Positions 49,768 through 58,433 of a stretch of 64,000 nucleotides of DNA are shown in pieces; positions within the stretch are counted from its first letter, which is position 1, and each line of letters begins with the position of its first letter. Origin of the DNA: Candidatus Altimarinota bacterium (lineage in GTDB: Bacteria > Patescibacteriota > Gracilibacteria > JBDHUY01); the NCBI GenBank assembly GCA_039809385.1, contig JBDHUY010000010.1:1-64000 (forward strand). Direction: 5' to 3'. The position numbers were made by a program, and so were the translations under genes. The notes under the pieces are model-generated. The model was not told the DNA's origin and searched no databases. It saw only the letters and a program-made list of their open reading frames with translations.

Positions 49768-50433
49768 ATGATCATTCTGGAACATATCGAAAAGAAATAT
49801 CCGGGACACCGGGTTTTCGAGGATTTTAATCTCTCGATCCAGCCGGGCGAGTTCGTCTGTGTGACAGGGCCTTCGGGGTGCGGCAAAACGACGCTCATTA
49901 AACTGCTGGTCGGCGACGAGAAGCCGTCGTCTGGTCGTATTCTGGTGGATACGATCAATATTGCCGATATGTCCGACCGGACGTTACAATTGTATCGACG
50001 CAAAATCGGTGTCGTATTTCAGGATTACAAGTTACTGCCGAAGAAAAACGTGTACGAGAACGTGGCGTTTGCTATGGAAGTCTGCGGGGAAACCGACCAG
50101 GCGATTCACGCCCGCGTTCCGCAGGTGCTGGATCTGGTCGGGATATTGAGTAAACAAGAGAACTTTCCCGACGAACTGTCGGGAGGCGAGCAACAGCGTG
50201 TGGCGATCGCCCGGGCGCTGGTACACCAGCCGCGTCTGCTGATTGCGGACGAGCCGACCGGCAATTTGGATCAGGATAATTCGTATGCGATTATGAACCT
50301 CTTGCTAAAGATCAACGGACTTGGTACTACTGTTTTACTCACGAGTCATGCTCTTGATATGGTAAAGTTTGTTCAGAAACGAGTTATTACCATCGATCAG
50401 GGGAAAATAACGAGTGACAGATTGGGAGGATAA
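49768..50433 (+). CDS. ftsE: Cell division ATP-binding protein FtsE
   Basis: [36 protein letters not shown] and ADEPTGNLD. Confidence 0.85.
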   Translation: MIILEHIEKKYPGHRVFEDFNLSIQPGEFVCVTGPSGCGKTTLIKLLVGDEKPSSGRILVDTINIADMSDRTLQLYRRKIGVVFQDYKLLPKKNVYENVAFAMEVCGETDQAIHARVPQVLDLVGILSKQENFPDELSGGEQQRVAIARALVHQPRLLIADEPTGNLDQDNSYAIMNLLLKINGLGTTVLLTSHALDMVKFVQKRVITIDQGKITSDRLGG

Positions 50434-50440
50434 AGCTTAT

Positions 50441-50516
50441 GCGCCCGTAGTTCAGTGGATAGAACGCCAGCCTTCTAAGCTGGATGTCGCAGGTTCGATT
50501 CCTGCCGGGCGTACCA
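50441..50516 (+). tRNA. tRNA-Arg (anticodon TCT)
   Basis: Acceptor GCGCCCG/CGGGCGT, anticodon arm CCAGC-CTTCTAA-GCTGG, T arm GGTTCGATTCC and encoded CCA. Confidence 0.96.
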
Positions 50517-50523
50517 GGGAGAG

Positions 50524-50583
50524 AGTCCAAAGTCCAAAGTCCAAAGTCCAAAGTCCAAAGTCCAAAGTCCAAAGTCCAAAGTC
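50524..50583. repeat. Heptanucleotide tandem repeat (AGTCCAA)x8 plus a partial copy
   Basis: Eight perfect copies counted directly. Confidence 0.95.
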
Positions 50584-50627
50584 AATACTCCTTAGTGCTT
50601 GTCTCTCACTAACTTTCTCTTACTCCT

Positions 50628-51209
50628 ATGTCATATCCGCGTGTTGTTATCGTGCATGGTTGGGATGGTTCGCCTGGAGAGGGGTGGTTTTCCTGGTTGA
50701 AAAGTGCATTGGAGAAACAGGATATCCGTGTAGATGTTCCCTTGATGCCGGACGCCTCTTCTCCCCGTATCGAAGCCTGGGTCTCTCATCTGAGCGAGAT
50801 TATCGGGGCTCTGGATGAACATACGTTTCTGGTTGGACACAGTATCGGCTGCCAGACGATCATGCGCTATCTTGAAAAACTTCCTTCTTCTGTCAACGTC
50901 GGTGGAGTGATTTTCGTGGCCGGCTGGTTTACGTTGATGAATTTGCAGACCGACGAGGAACGCGAGATCGCCCGGCCCTGGCTGGAGACGCCGATCGATG
51001 GTCAAAAAGTGAGGACGCACACCGACCGGATACTCGCCGTTTTTTCGGATAATGACGACGTCGTTCCTTTGGAAAATCAGGGTTTCTTCGAAAAGCGGTT
51101 GGGTGCTTCTACTATCCTGGAGCATCACAAAGGCCATTTTAGCGGGGGAGAGGGGATCACCGAAATTCCGATCGTTTTGAAAACTTTGATGTCGTGGATC
51201 TCAGGGTGA
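50628..51209 (+). CDS. RBBP9/YdeN-family alpha/beta hydrolase
   Basis: IVHGW, GHSIG nucleophile elbow, SDNDDVVP and GHF. Confidence 0.92.
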   Translation: MSYPRVVIVHGWDGSPGEGWFSWLKSALEKQDIRVDVPLMPDASSPRIEAWVSHLSEIIGALDEHTFLVGHSIGCQTIMRYLEKLPSSVNVGGVIFVAGWFTLMNLQTDEEREIARPWLETPIDGQKVRTHTDRILAVFSDNDDVVPLENQGFFEKRLGASTILEHHKGHFSGGEGITEIPIVLKTLMSWISG

Positions 51210-51257
51210 TTTTTGACACCCAGATGCTTTTATTCCTTTGAGATGTAACGAAAAAGT

Positions 51258-51625
51258 ATGAGAGACAAAAATTTTTTGTTATCTTTGTTTTATTTATATG
51301 TTCAACTTTGATTCATTTCGCTATGGCGAGCCTGCAATCTCCTCCCAGTGAGCCTAGTTCTTGTCCTTGTGGTTTCGAGGAGTATCGCGGATACCCGTTT
51401 CCTTTTTTGAAAAGGGATCCGGTTATTGATCCCCACGCTCCACCTTCTCTTATTATATCTTGCGACTGCCCTCTCGGAATTTCTTATCAAAAGCCTGATA
51501 TCTTGCTGTATTCTTTTGTAGAAAACGAGATATCATATTTCTTCTTCGGACTCATTTTTTATGGTGTGTTTTGGATTGGAGTTATAATACGTAAGGAATC
51601 CCGCACACCTTCCATAAAAGCATAA
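51258..51625 (+). pseudogene. Small exported/membrane protein, possibly frameshifted just after the ATG
   Basis: ATG 51258 is out of frame with ORF 51308-51625; deleting one GA from ATGAGAGAC gives the signal peptide MRQKFFVIFVLFICSTLIHFAMA. Confidence 0.4.
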
Positions 51626-51634
51626 TAAAAAAAC

Positions 51635-52522
51635 ATGAACTGGATCTTTATCGCGCTGCTTACGCCGCTGTTGCACGGTTTTGCCAATATCTTGGATAAT
51701 TATCTGACTGGGAGTCTTTTTAAAAGTCTGATGGCTATTATTTTTTTTACTACACTCTCGAACGTACTATTTCTCCCATTAGTTTTTTTTGTTGAGATTC
51801 CGGGACCAGTACCCCCGGGTTTGCTACCATTTTTTTTGCTGATCAGTTTAATCGATGTACTGTATTTGTACCCGTATTATAAAGCTTTGCAGACAGAGGA
51901 TACCTCCATTGTATCTTCGCTTTTCGCGCTTGGGAAGATATTTGTGCCGCTTTTGGCTTTTTTCCTGGTAGGAGAAGTGTTAACTTTTACGCAATATGCC
52001 GGTTTTTTTATTATTATTTTGGGAAGCGCACTGCTCACACTCAAAGGATTAAAAAAGTTTTCCTTTCGTGCCTCCTTTTTCTTGATGCTGCTGTGTTCTC
52101 TGCTTTTATCGGCGGAGGCGGTTATGTATAAATACTTGTTCGACCAGGTCAGCTGGAGTACCGGATTTGTATGGACGAGTTTATTTTCGTTTAGTATCGC
52201 TTTTTTCTTTCTGCTTTTTCCCAAATACCGGCATGTCATTCAGATGGAATCGATACACCTGCGAAAAGTTTTGCCTGTTTTTCTGCTGGAAGAGTTTCTG
52301 ACGTTTGGCGGAGCGGCGGCTTTTACTTATGCCGTATCTCTTACATCCGTCACGCTGGTGAAAAGCGTGGGAGCGCTGCAGCCACTCTTCGTACTGAGCT
52401 ATGCTGTGCTTTTTAACCGTATATTTCCGGCTTTGTTTCGGGAAAAACTCGATTTTCGTAGCATAATAAAGAAAGGAATTCTTTTTGCTGTCATAGCGTT
52501 CGGTATTGTTCTGGTTGTCTAG
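51635..52522 (+). CDS. EamA/DMT-family transporter
   Basis: About 10 TM helices in two repeats; YYKALQ..SIVSSLF and FLVGEVLT. Confidence 0.88.
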   Translation: MNWIFIALLTPLLHGFANILDNYLTGSLFKSLMAIIFFTTLSNVLFLPLVFFVEIPGPVPPGLLPFFLLISLIDVLYLYPYYKALQTEDTSIVSSLFALGKIFVPLLAFFLVGEVLTFTQYAGFFIIILGSALLTLKGLKKFSFRASFFLMLLCSLLLSAEAVMYKYLFDQVSWSTGFVWTSLFSFSIAFFFLLFPKYRHVIQMESIHLRKVLPVFLLEEFLTFGGAAAFTYAVSLTSVTLVKSVGALQPLFVLSYAVLFNRIFPALFREKLDFRSIIKKGILFAVIAFGIVLVV

Positions 52523-52822
52523 CAGAAGAGAATATGGTTTTCATGTAACTCTGATCGTAGTGGCTAATCCGGTTATTTTTTCTCAAGACGGAAAACGTTG
52601 CCAATCTTCAAAAAGGTTAGACCAGTTATCTTATTTCTAAGAGACAAGAAGATTGTATATGGCTTCCATATAAGATTTGTACGACATGATGGCTTTTAAA
52701 GCTCTTTTTTTCGATATCCGTCATTTGACTAAAAACGATTTGTGGAGGTATAATTTTATGATAAAATAGTATCTCGGGAATAAAAAAGTCCTTTTCCGAG
52801 TTGGTCTTCTAAACAAAAACAC

Positions 52823-54034
52823 ATGGCAACCGTTGCGACAATCGACATATTCGGCGTTGAAACCCACCCCGATGTACGGGTAGTGGTTATCGACGGTACG
52901 CTGGACGAATCGAATCTTGACGATTTCAAGGCAAAGCTTGATCCGCTTGTAGCCGATCAAGAGGTGCGTTGCGTCATCTTAAACTGCAAACAGCTTCGCT
53001 ATATCAATAGTAAGATTGTCGGTTTTCTGGCGAGTACGTATTCGCAGATATCCGAACGCGGCGGAAAACTTATCATGGCCGAATCGAATGAAACCATCGC
53101 CGATATTATCAGCATGGTCGGATTGAACATGATTATCGAACAGGCTGCCAGTACCGAAGAAGCATTGACGATGGTATCTGCTGGAGGTCCAACCGTAATG
53201 ACTCCTCCGACTTCGACCCAAACAACTCAAAACGATGCCGCAGTGGCGGAAACGATCTCGATTCCAGTGTCCCAGGCTCCTGCCGCTCCTGTCGAAAATC
53301 AGGTAGCACAAGTGCCGGTTACTCCCGCGGTTCCCCAAACCGAAACTTCTCTCCCTGCCGCCGTAGAGACCGAAGTTCCGGAAGTCCAAACGTTTCAGCG
53401 ACCGGTCGAGCCGGTATCTCACGAACCCGAGCCGCCGGCTGTAACAGTTACTGCCGGAGGTTTACGTTTAACAAAATCTGGCGAGATGACGTTGTCCGGC
53501 GAGTCCCCGCTCTCGATTAAACCAGATCCAGCGGTGGTCGTTGCTCCTCCCGAGCCGGCAATTTCTCATCCGACTCCGGTTGGAATGGCTGTGCCTGCTG
53601 TTACATCTGAGAATACTGCTCCTCTTAGCGCTGTGCCCGTAGCAGCTCCCGATCCGGTGGTGGCATCTGTCAATTCTGCTGTCCAACAACCTACACCTGT
53701 TGTCGAACAGCCGGTTTCATCGATGTCAAATGATTCTTCCTCCTCGCGTATTGATGTGCAATCCCAAAATCAACAAGAGGTTGTATTGATGTTAGGACTT
53801 CCCAGGGAATCTCCCGGTCAGGGCGCTGATGTGTTCATGACCGAAGACGAGAGTATTAAGGTCCAGATGGTCAACGATTCGTTCGGGCGACGGATCGAGA
53901 TCCGTTTTAAACCCGGACAGTATTTCTTTGACGGAAAAACCGAGGCTGCTGCTCCTCCTCCTTCGCATAATATGATCTTGCCGGACGAACGTCCGAAAAA
54001 ATCATTTCTGGGATCACTCTTTGGGAAAAAGTAA
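52823..54034 (+). CDS. STAS-domain protein with a long Pro/Ala/Val-rich linker
   Basis: IDGTLDESN, LRYINSKIVG and IISMVGL; C-terminal KKSFLGSLFGKK. Confidence 0.82.
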   Translation: MATVATIDIFGVETHPDVRVVVIDGTLDESNLDDFKAKLDPLVADQEVRCVILNCKQLRYINSKIVGFLASTYSQISERGGKLIMAESNETIADIISMVGLNMIIEQAASTEEALTMVSAGGPTVMTPPTSTQTTQNDAAVAETISIPVSQAPAAPVENQVAQVPVTPAVPQTETSLPAAVETEVPEVQTFQRPVEPVSHEPEPPAVTVTAGGLRLTKSGEMTLSGESPLSIKPDPAVVVAPPEPAISHPTPVGMAVPAVTSENTAPLSAVPVAAPDPVVASVNSAVQQPTPVVEQPVSSMSNDSSSSRIDVQSQNQQEVVLMLGLPRESPGQGADVFMTEDESIKVQMVNDSFGRRIEIRFKPGQYFFDGKTEAAAPPPSHNMILPDERPKKSFLGSLFGKK

Positions 54035-54265
54035 TACAGGCTTTTCTTCCTGACCGTATTGTTCCCTACAATTGATCCTTCGTGTGTTGAGCTTGTTTAA
54101 AGTACTTGGGCACAGAAGAATTTCCTCATACAGAATGATTGTCTCTTTTTACCATCTCCAACTTTCTCCGTTTGAATAGAACGAGTAGATATGGTTCGAG
54201 TGGCGTTTTCTCAGGCAGTTTTTGTTGCTTTCAGACCGAAAGCAAGATGTGGATATTTTTTACGA

Positions 54266-56068
54266 TTACAGAGAAGATAGAGACGTTACAATCCGTTTCA
54301 ACGCAGTAAGTCCTTTCGTAAGCGTATCTATTTTTGATTTGATTTCGGCTATGTCTGTCACACTTCGGCGTTCCAACGGGATATTCGAAAGCTGGTCTTT
54401 GAGCATGGCAATCTGGTTTTCCATCGAGCCTATTTGATTTTTCAGCGATTCCAGACAACGGTTTTTGGTATTTTGAACGGCTGTCACGATTTGGCTGATC
54501 TGATCCTGAGCCAGCTTGCTTTTTTGGCCCAGAATATTTTTTAAAATCAATCCCGCATCGCTTTGTTCGCATCCGATGCTCGCGGCTCTTTTGAGCAAAT
54601 CGGCAAAGAGTTGCTCGGTATTCTCGGATACCGGTTGTGGGAGTGAGCGATTTGTATTGTCGTTCCCGCTCAGAAGTTCGCGGCATTTTTCCTGGAAATC
54701 GGTTATCAGAAAAGAGTCGCCTCCGGAACGCAATAACAGACATTGAGCAGACGTTATGCCTTCCTTTTTCACATCGTCTATCAGCGTTTGATATTCTTTT
54801 AAGATCTCGTTTTTATGGTTTTGATCCGCTTGACGTAGTGCATCGGACAGATGCAGTAGGTCGCGGGTTTTCAGTATATTTGAAAAACGGGATCGAGTTG
54901 TTTCATCGGAAATACTTTGCAAACTGGTCTTTTTCAGTTGTTCGATTACTTCTTCCTCTTGAGGAAATAGCAGCGGAGCGTATTTTAACCATAATTTCCC
55001 CTGCACGGCCAGTTTTTCACGCAGTTCGGCCTGGACGTTCGAATCGCTAATCGATTGGATAGTCGTTTCTATGTTTGATATCAAGGCACTTCGTTCATGT
55101 AACAGCTCCTTTGCTTGTGTCGAGTCGTTTTGACTAAGAGCATACATGGCTTTGTTTAAAAGCTCCCGACTTTGCTCCAGTAATCCGAGAGCTCTTGCTT
55201 TCGGGTCGGCAGGCAGCGCGATTCCTTCCGCGGCCGCGGCGCCTGTTCCGGATTTGGCGTTGAGAACGAGCGACGCAAACATACGGTTTTTGATCCGGTC
55301 GCCTACCAGTCGGTCTGCGGCGACATTTTGAGCGAACCAGTTGCTTTTGAGATATTCCGCAGCGATTTTGCGGACTCCTATACGCGATCTTTGCCCGTCG
55401 CTGATCGACGAAGGTATAAGATATGCTTCTTCCCCTTCGTTGATAGTAGTATGGGCTTCGTCATTCAGGTAGATCGCGTGTTCAACGGCTTTGAACGAAA
55501 CCTCGTCATTTTGGACCCTGACATTAACCGTTGTCCCGCGTACGCCGGCTACCACGTCGCCGCCTTTCATCGAGAAATTGGCTTTGTCGTTGACGATATC
55601 TATCGCCTTGTTCCAGGTTTCGCCGTTTATCACGCTATACAGGATGTTGGTTTCAGTCGGATCTTCCGGCTGAAACGTCAATTGTTCGATATGGAGTTCG
55701 GTGTTTTCGGATAAACGGGTTACCGAATCGTCCAGCCAGGTGATCGTGGCGGCGCTGTCAGTACCTATTTTCACCCAGTCTCCTTGTTCCAGCGCGATAC
55801 TTTTTTCAACCGGGCTATATTCCGTTTCGGTTGCTTTTTTGTGGGATACTTCCTGTCCTTTGGTTATTTCCAGCGTCGTTTCGGGCAGGTACCCGGCGTC
55901 TGCTTGGTCGATACCCGGCAGGTTGTTCCCCTCGTTGTGGTTCTGATTGTCATTTACTACAGTGCTCGCATTACTGGACGGGTTGATCGGCGGCGTAGTC
56001 GGTTGAGAAACGCCGCAGCTGGTGAGAAACATCAAACTGCAAGCCAGAGCCAATGCCGTTTTTTTCAT
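54266..56068 (-). CDS. FecR-domain lipoprotein
   Basis: Lipobox LTSC; LEQGDWVK..DDSVTRLSENTEL..VAGVRGT. Confidence 0.8.
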   Translation of the reverse strand: MKKTALALACSLMFLTSCGVSQPTTPPINPSSNASTVVNDNQNHNEGNNLPGIDQADAGYLPETTLEITKGQEVSHKKATETEYSPVEKSIALEQGDWVKIGTDSAATITWLDDSVTRLSENTELHIEQLTFQPEDPTETNILYSVINGETWNKAIDIVNDKANFSMKGGDVVAGVRGTTVNVRVQNDEVSFKAVEHAIYLNDEAHTTINEGEEAYLIPSSISDGQRSRIGVRKIAAEYLKSNWFAQNVAADRLVGDRIKNRMFASLVLNAKSGTGAAAAEGIALPADPKARALGLLEQSRELLNKAMYALSQNDSTQAKELLHERSALISNIETTIQSISDSNVQAELREKLAVQGKLWLKYAPLLFPQEEEVIEQLKKTSLQSISDETTRSRFSNILKTRDLLHLSDALRQADQNHKNEILKEYQTLIDDVKKEGITSAQCLLLRSGGDSFLITDFQEKCRELLSGNDNTNRSLPQPVSENTEQLFADLLKRAASIGCEQSDAGLILKNILGQKSKLAQDQISQIVTAVQNTKNRCLESLKNQIGSMENQIAMLKDQLSNIPLERRSVTDIAEIKSKIDTLTKGLTALKRIVTSLSSL

Positions 56069-56261
56069 AGAGAGTAGTCGGGTAAAGTATGAGAAAAGCT
56101 GATCTTATTCTACTGTGGTTTTTGAAAAATTGAAGCTGGAATTAAAGAAGAAGAAAATTCGCGAAACGGGTGTTTCGGTTCTTAGAACATAAACTATAGC
56201 TCTCGTCGTGCTACGGTTGTATAATCGCTCTGCGAGATATTTGCTCTTTTTTCTTTTTTCT

Positions 56262-56765
56262 ATGGAAACTCCGGTATTCTCTCGGATTGCGAGCTTGCTT
56301 ACCGCGGCAAACGTTCCTTTTTTTACCCTGGATCACGAGCCAACCCGTACGTCCGAAGAATCGGCGCGGGCGCGGGGCGTCGATATTCGTCTGGGCGTCA
56401 AGGCTATTTTGCTCAAAGCCGGAGAAGAGTTTGTCCTGATGTGCTTTTCGGCAGCGCGCAAGCTTTCCACGCCGAAACTGCGGACCGTTTTACAAACCCG
56501 TGATATCCGTTTTGCCACCAAAGAGGAATTGCTCGAAAAAACCGGCTTGGTGCCGGGATCAGTTCCGCCGCTTACCGGAAAGCTATTTTCGCTTCAAACC
56601 TTTTTTGACGACAGTGTAACACAACTCGACGATGCCTGGTTTAACTGCGGTATGCTCACCCGTTCCATGCGCCTAAAAGCTGCCGATCTGGTACGGGTAT
56701 CGGAGGCAACTGTAGCGGATTTTACCGAAGAGACAAGCGATCAGCGGCCAGTAAATGCAAAATGA
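56262..56765 (+). CDS. YbaK/aminoacyl-tRNA editing domain protein
   Basis: HEPTRTSEESA, KAILLK, RFAT and GLVPGSVPP. Confidence 0.9.
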   Translation: METPVFSRIASLLTAANVPFFTLDHEPTRTSEESARARGVDIRLGVKAILLKAGEEFVLMCFSAARKLSTPKLRTVLQTRDIRFATKEELLEKTGLVPGSVPPLTGKLFSLQTFFDDSVTQLDDAWFNCGMLTRSMRLKAADLVRVSEATVADFTEETSDQRPVNAK

Positions 56766-56976
56766 AAAGTGTAAAATGCAAAGTTTGGGCAAGTGCTTAA
56801 AGACGATTTTTCAGCTGAATCAAAATCCATATAAACCTTAGTACGAAGTATTGAATACATAGGTAGGGAAAACAAATTCTTAATTCTCTATTCTCCCTAT
56901 ATTTCCTTAATTCGTTCTTCGTGATTCTTGCTTCGTGTCTCCTGACTCCCTTCTCCGATCTCATTTCTTCCCCTCT

Positions 56977-57684
56977 ATGTCCTCTGACCAGCCGATTATT
57001 GACGAACTCCGGCAACTGGCCAACCCTGACAAAGCTCTTGTGTTGCAGCGTTTTTTCAAGACGGGTACGGGCGAGTATGGAGAAGGTGACCGCTTCCTGG
57101 GTATTCCCGTTCCCGCGCAGCGTATCGTAGCCAAGACATACAGGTCTGCCGACTTGTCGGCTATCGAGTCTTTACTGCATAGCCCGATACACGAACATCG
57201 TCTGACGGCGCTGTTGATTCTAACATATCAATTTCCCAAAGCTTCCCCGGCACAACAGAAAGTTTTGTACGAATTTTATCTCAATAACACCGGCTCGATC
57301 AATAACTGGGATCTGGTCGACAGTTCTGCCGAATATATCGTCGGAGCATACTTAGCAAATAAGGACAAAAAACCTTTGTACCGGCTCGCGCATTCTCTCT
57401 TGCTGTGGGAACGACGTATTGCCATGATCGCTTGTTTTCATTTTATTAAGCATAGATCGTTCGACGATGCGCTTAATATAGCCGAACTACTGTTGCACGA
57501 TTCTCACGATCTGATGCATAAAGCGGTTGGGTGGATGCTACGCGAAATCGGGAAGCGCGACATCAATGTTCTGTATGACTTTTTACAACAACACTACCGC
57601 GTGATGCCTCGAACTATGCTGCGTTATGCGATCGAAAAGCTGTCTCCGCGCGAACGCCAGGCATATCTTCGAGGAACATTTTGA
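56977..57684 (+). CDS. AlkD-family DNA alkylation repair protein
   Basis: FFKTGTGEYGEGDRFLG, INNWDLVD, KAVGWMLREIGK and MPRTMLRYAIE. Confidence 0.92.
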   Translation: MSSDQPIIDELRQLANPDKALVLQRFFKTGTGEYGEGDRFLGIPVPAQRIVAKTYRSADLSAIESLLHSPIHEHRLTALLILTYQFPKASPAQQKVLYEFYLNNTGSINNWDLVDSSAEYIVGAYLANKDKKPLYRLAHSLLLWERRIAMIACFHFIKHRSFDDALNIAELLLHDSHDLMHKAVGWMLREIGKRDINVLYDFLQQHYRVMPRTMLRYAIEKLSPRERQAYLRGTF

Positions 57685-57740
57685 CATGGGGCATTTTATC
57701 TTTATCATGGCGATAACGTCTTGTTTCTTTGTAGTATTGT

Positions 57741-58433
57741 ATGAAAATATTGGCATTCGGAGCCCATCCGGACGATGTGGAGTTTGGCTGCGGCGGAGTT
57801 TTGCTCGAACAAATTGCCTATGGTCATGAAGTGGCGGTCGTTTGCCTGACGTTAGGTGAGGCCGGGAGTTCCGGTACGCCCGTGCAACGTAAACAAGAGA
57901 CCGAACTGGCCGTAAAAATGCTGGGCGCCCGGGTTGATTTTTGGGATATCGGTGGGGATTGCCATATCGAATATACGAACCAGAATCGTCTGCGGATTGC
58001 CCGCAAAATCCGGGAAGAATGCCCCGACATTATCTTAATACCCACACTGGATCAAAATCAGCATCCCGACCACCGGATCGTGGCTGAACTGGTCCGCGAC
58101 GCTTCGCGGCTAGCCCGGTATAAAGGTTTGCAAGAATTGCTCGATCTTCCCGCCCATGCCGTGGGATCGATCTGGCATTTTCCGGTACTGGCTTTTCCGG
58201 AGCACCATCCCGACGTTATCGTTGACGTGAGTAACGTTATCGATCAGTGGCGCGAAGCGATGATGTGTCACGAAAGTCAGATGAAGCACAAAAATTATCT
58301 GGAACTCATCTTGGGGCGTTCGCGTACCTGGGGATTGAGCGCCGGTGTCGAATACGGGATTGCTTTATGGAAAAGCGCACCACTGGTCATGAATAATCTT
58401 GCGCCCGTGCAAAATACCGCCCGCAGTTTCTAA
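57741..58433 (+). CDS. PIG-L family deacetylase (BshB1-like)
   Basis: AHPDDVE, TLGEAGS, HPDH and CHESQ. Confidence 0.9.
   Translation: MKILAFGAHPDDVEFGCGGVLLEQIAYGHEVAVVCLTLGEAGSSGTPVQRKQETELAVKMLGARVDFWDIGGDCHIEYTNQNRLRIARKIREECPDIILIPTLDQNQHPDHRIVAELVRDASRLARYKGLQELLDLPAHAVGSIWHFPVLAFPEHHPDVIVDVSNVIDQWREAMMCHESQMKHKNYLELILGRSRTWGLSAGVEYGIALWKSAPLVMNNLAPVQNTARSF

Noticed and set aside
50524-50583. CRISPR array
   Set aside because: It is a spacerless 7-mer tandem repeat, and no repeat-spacer array or cas gene was seen anywhere in the window
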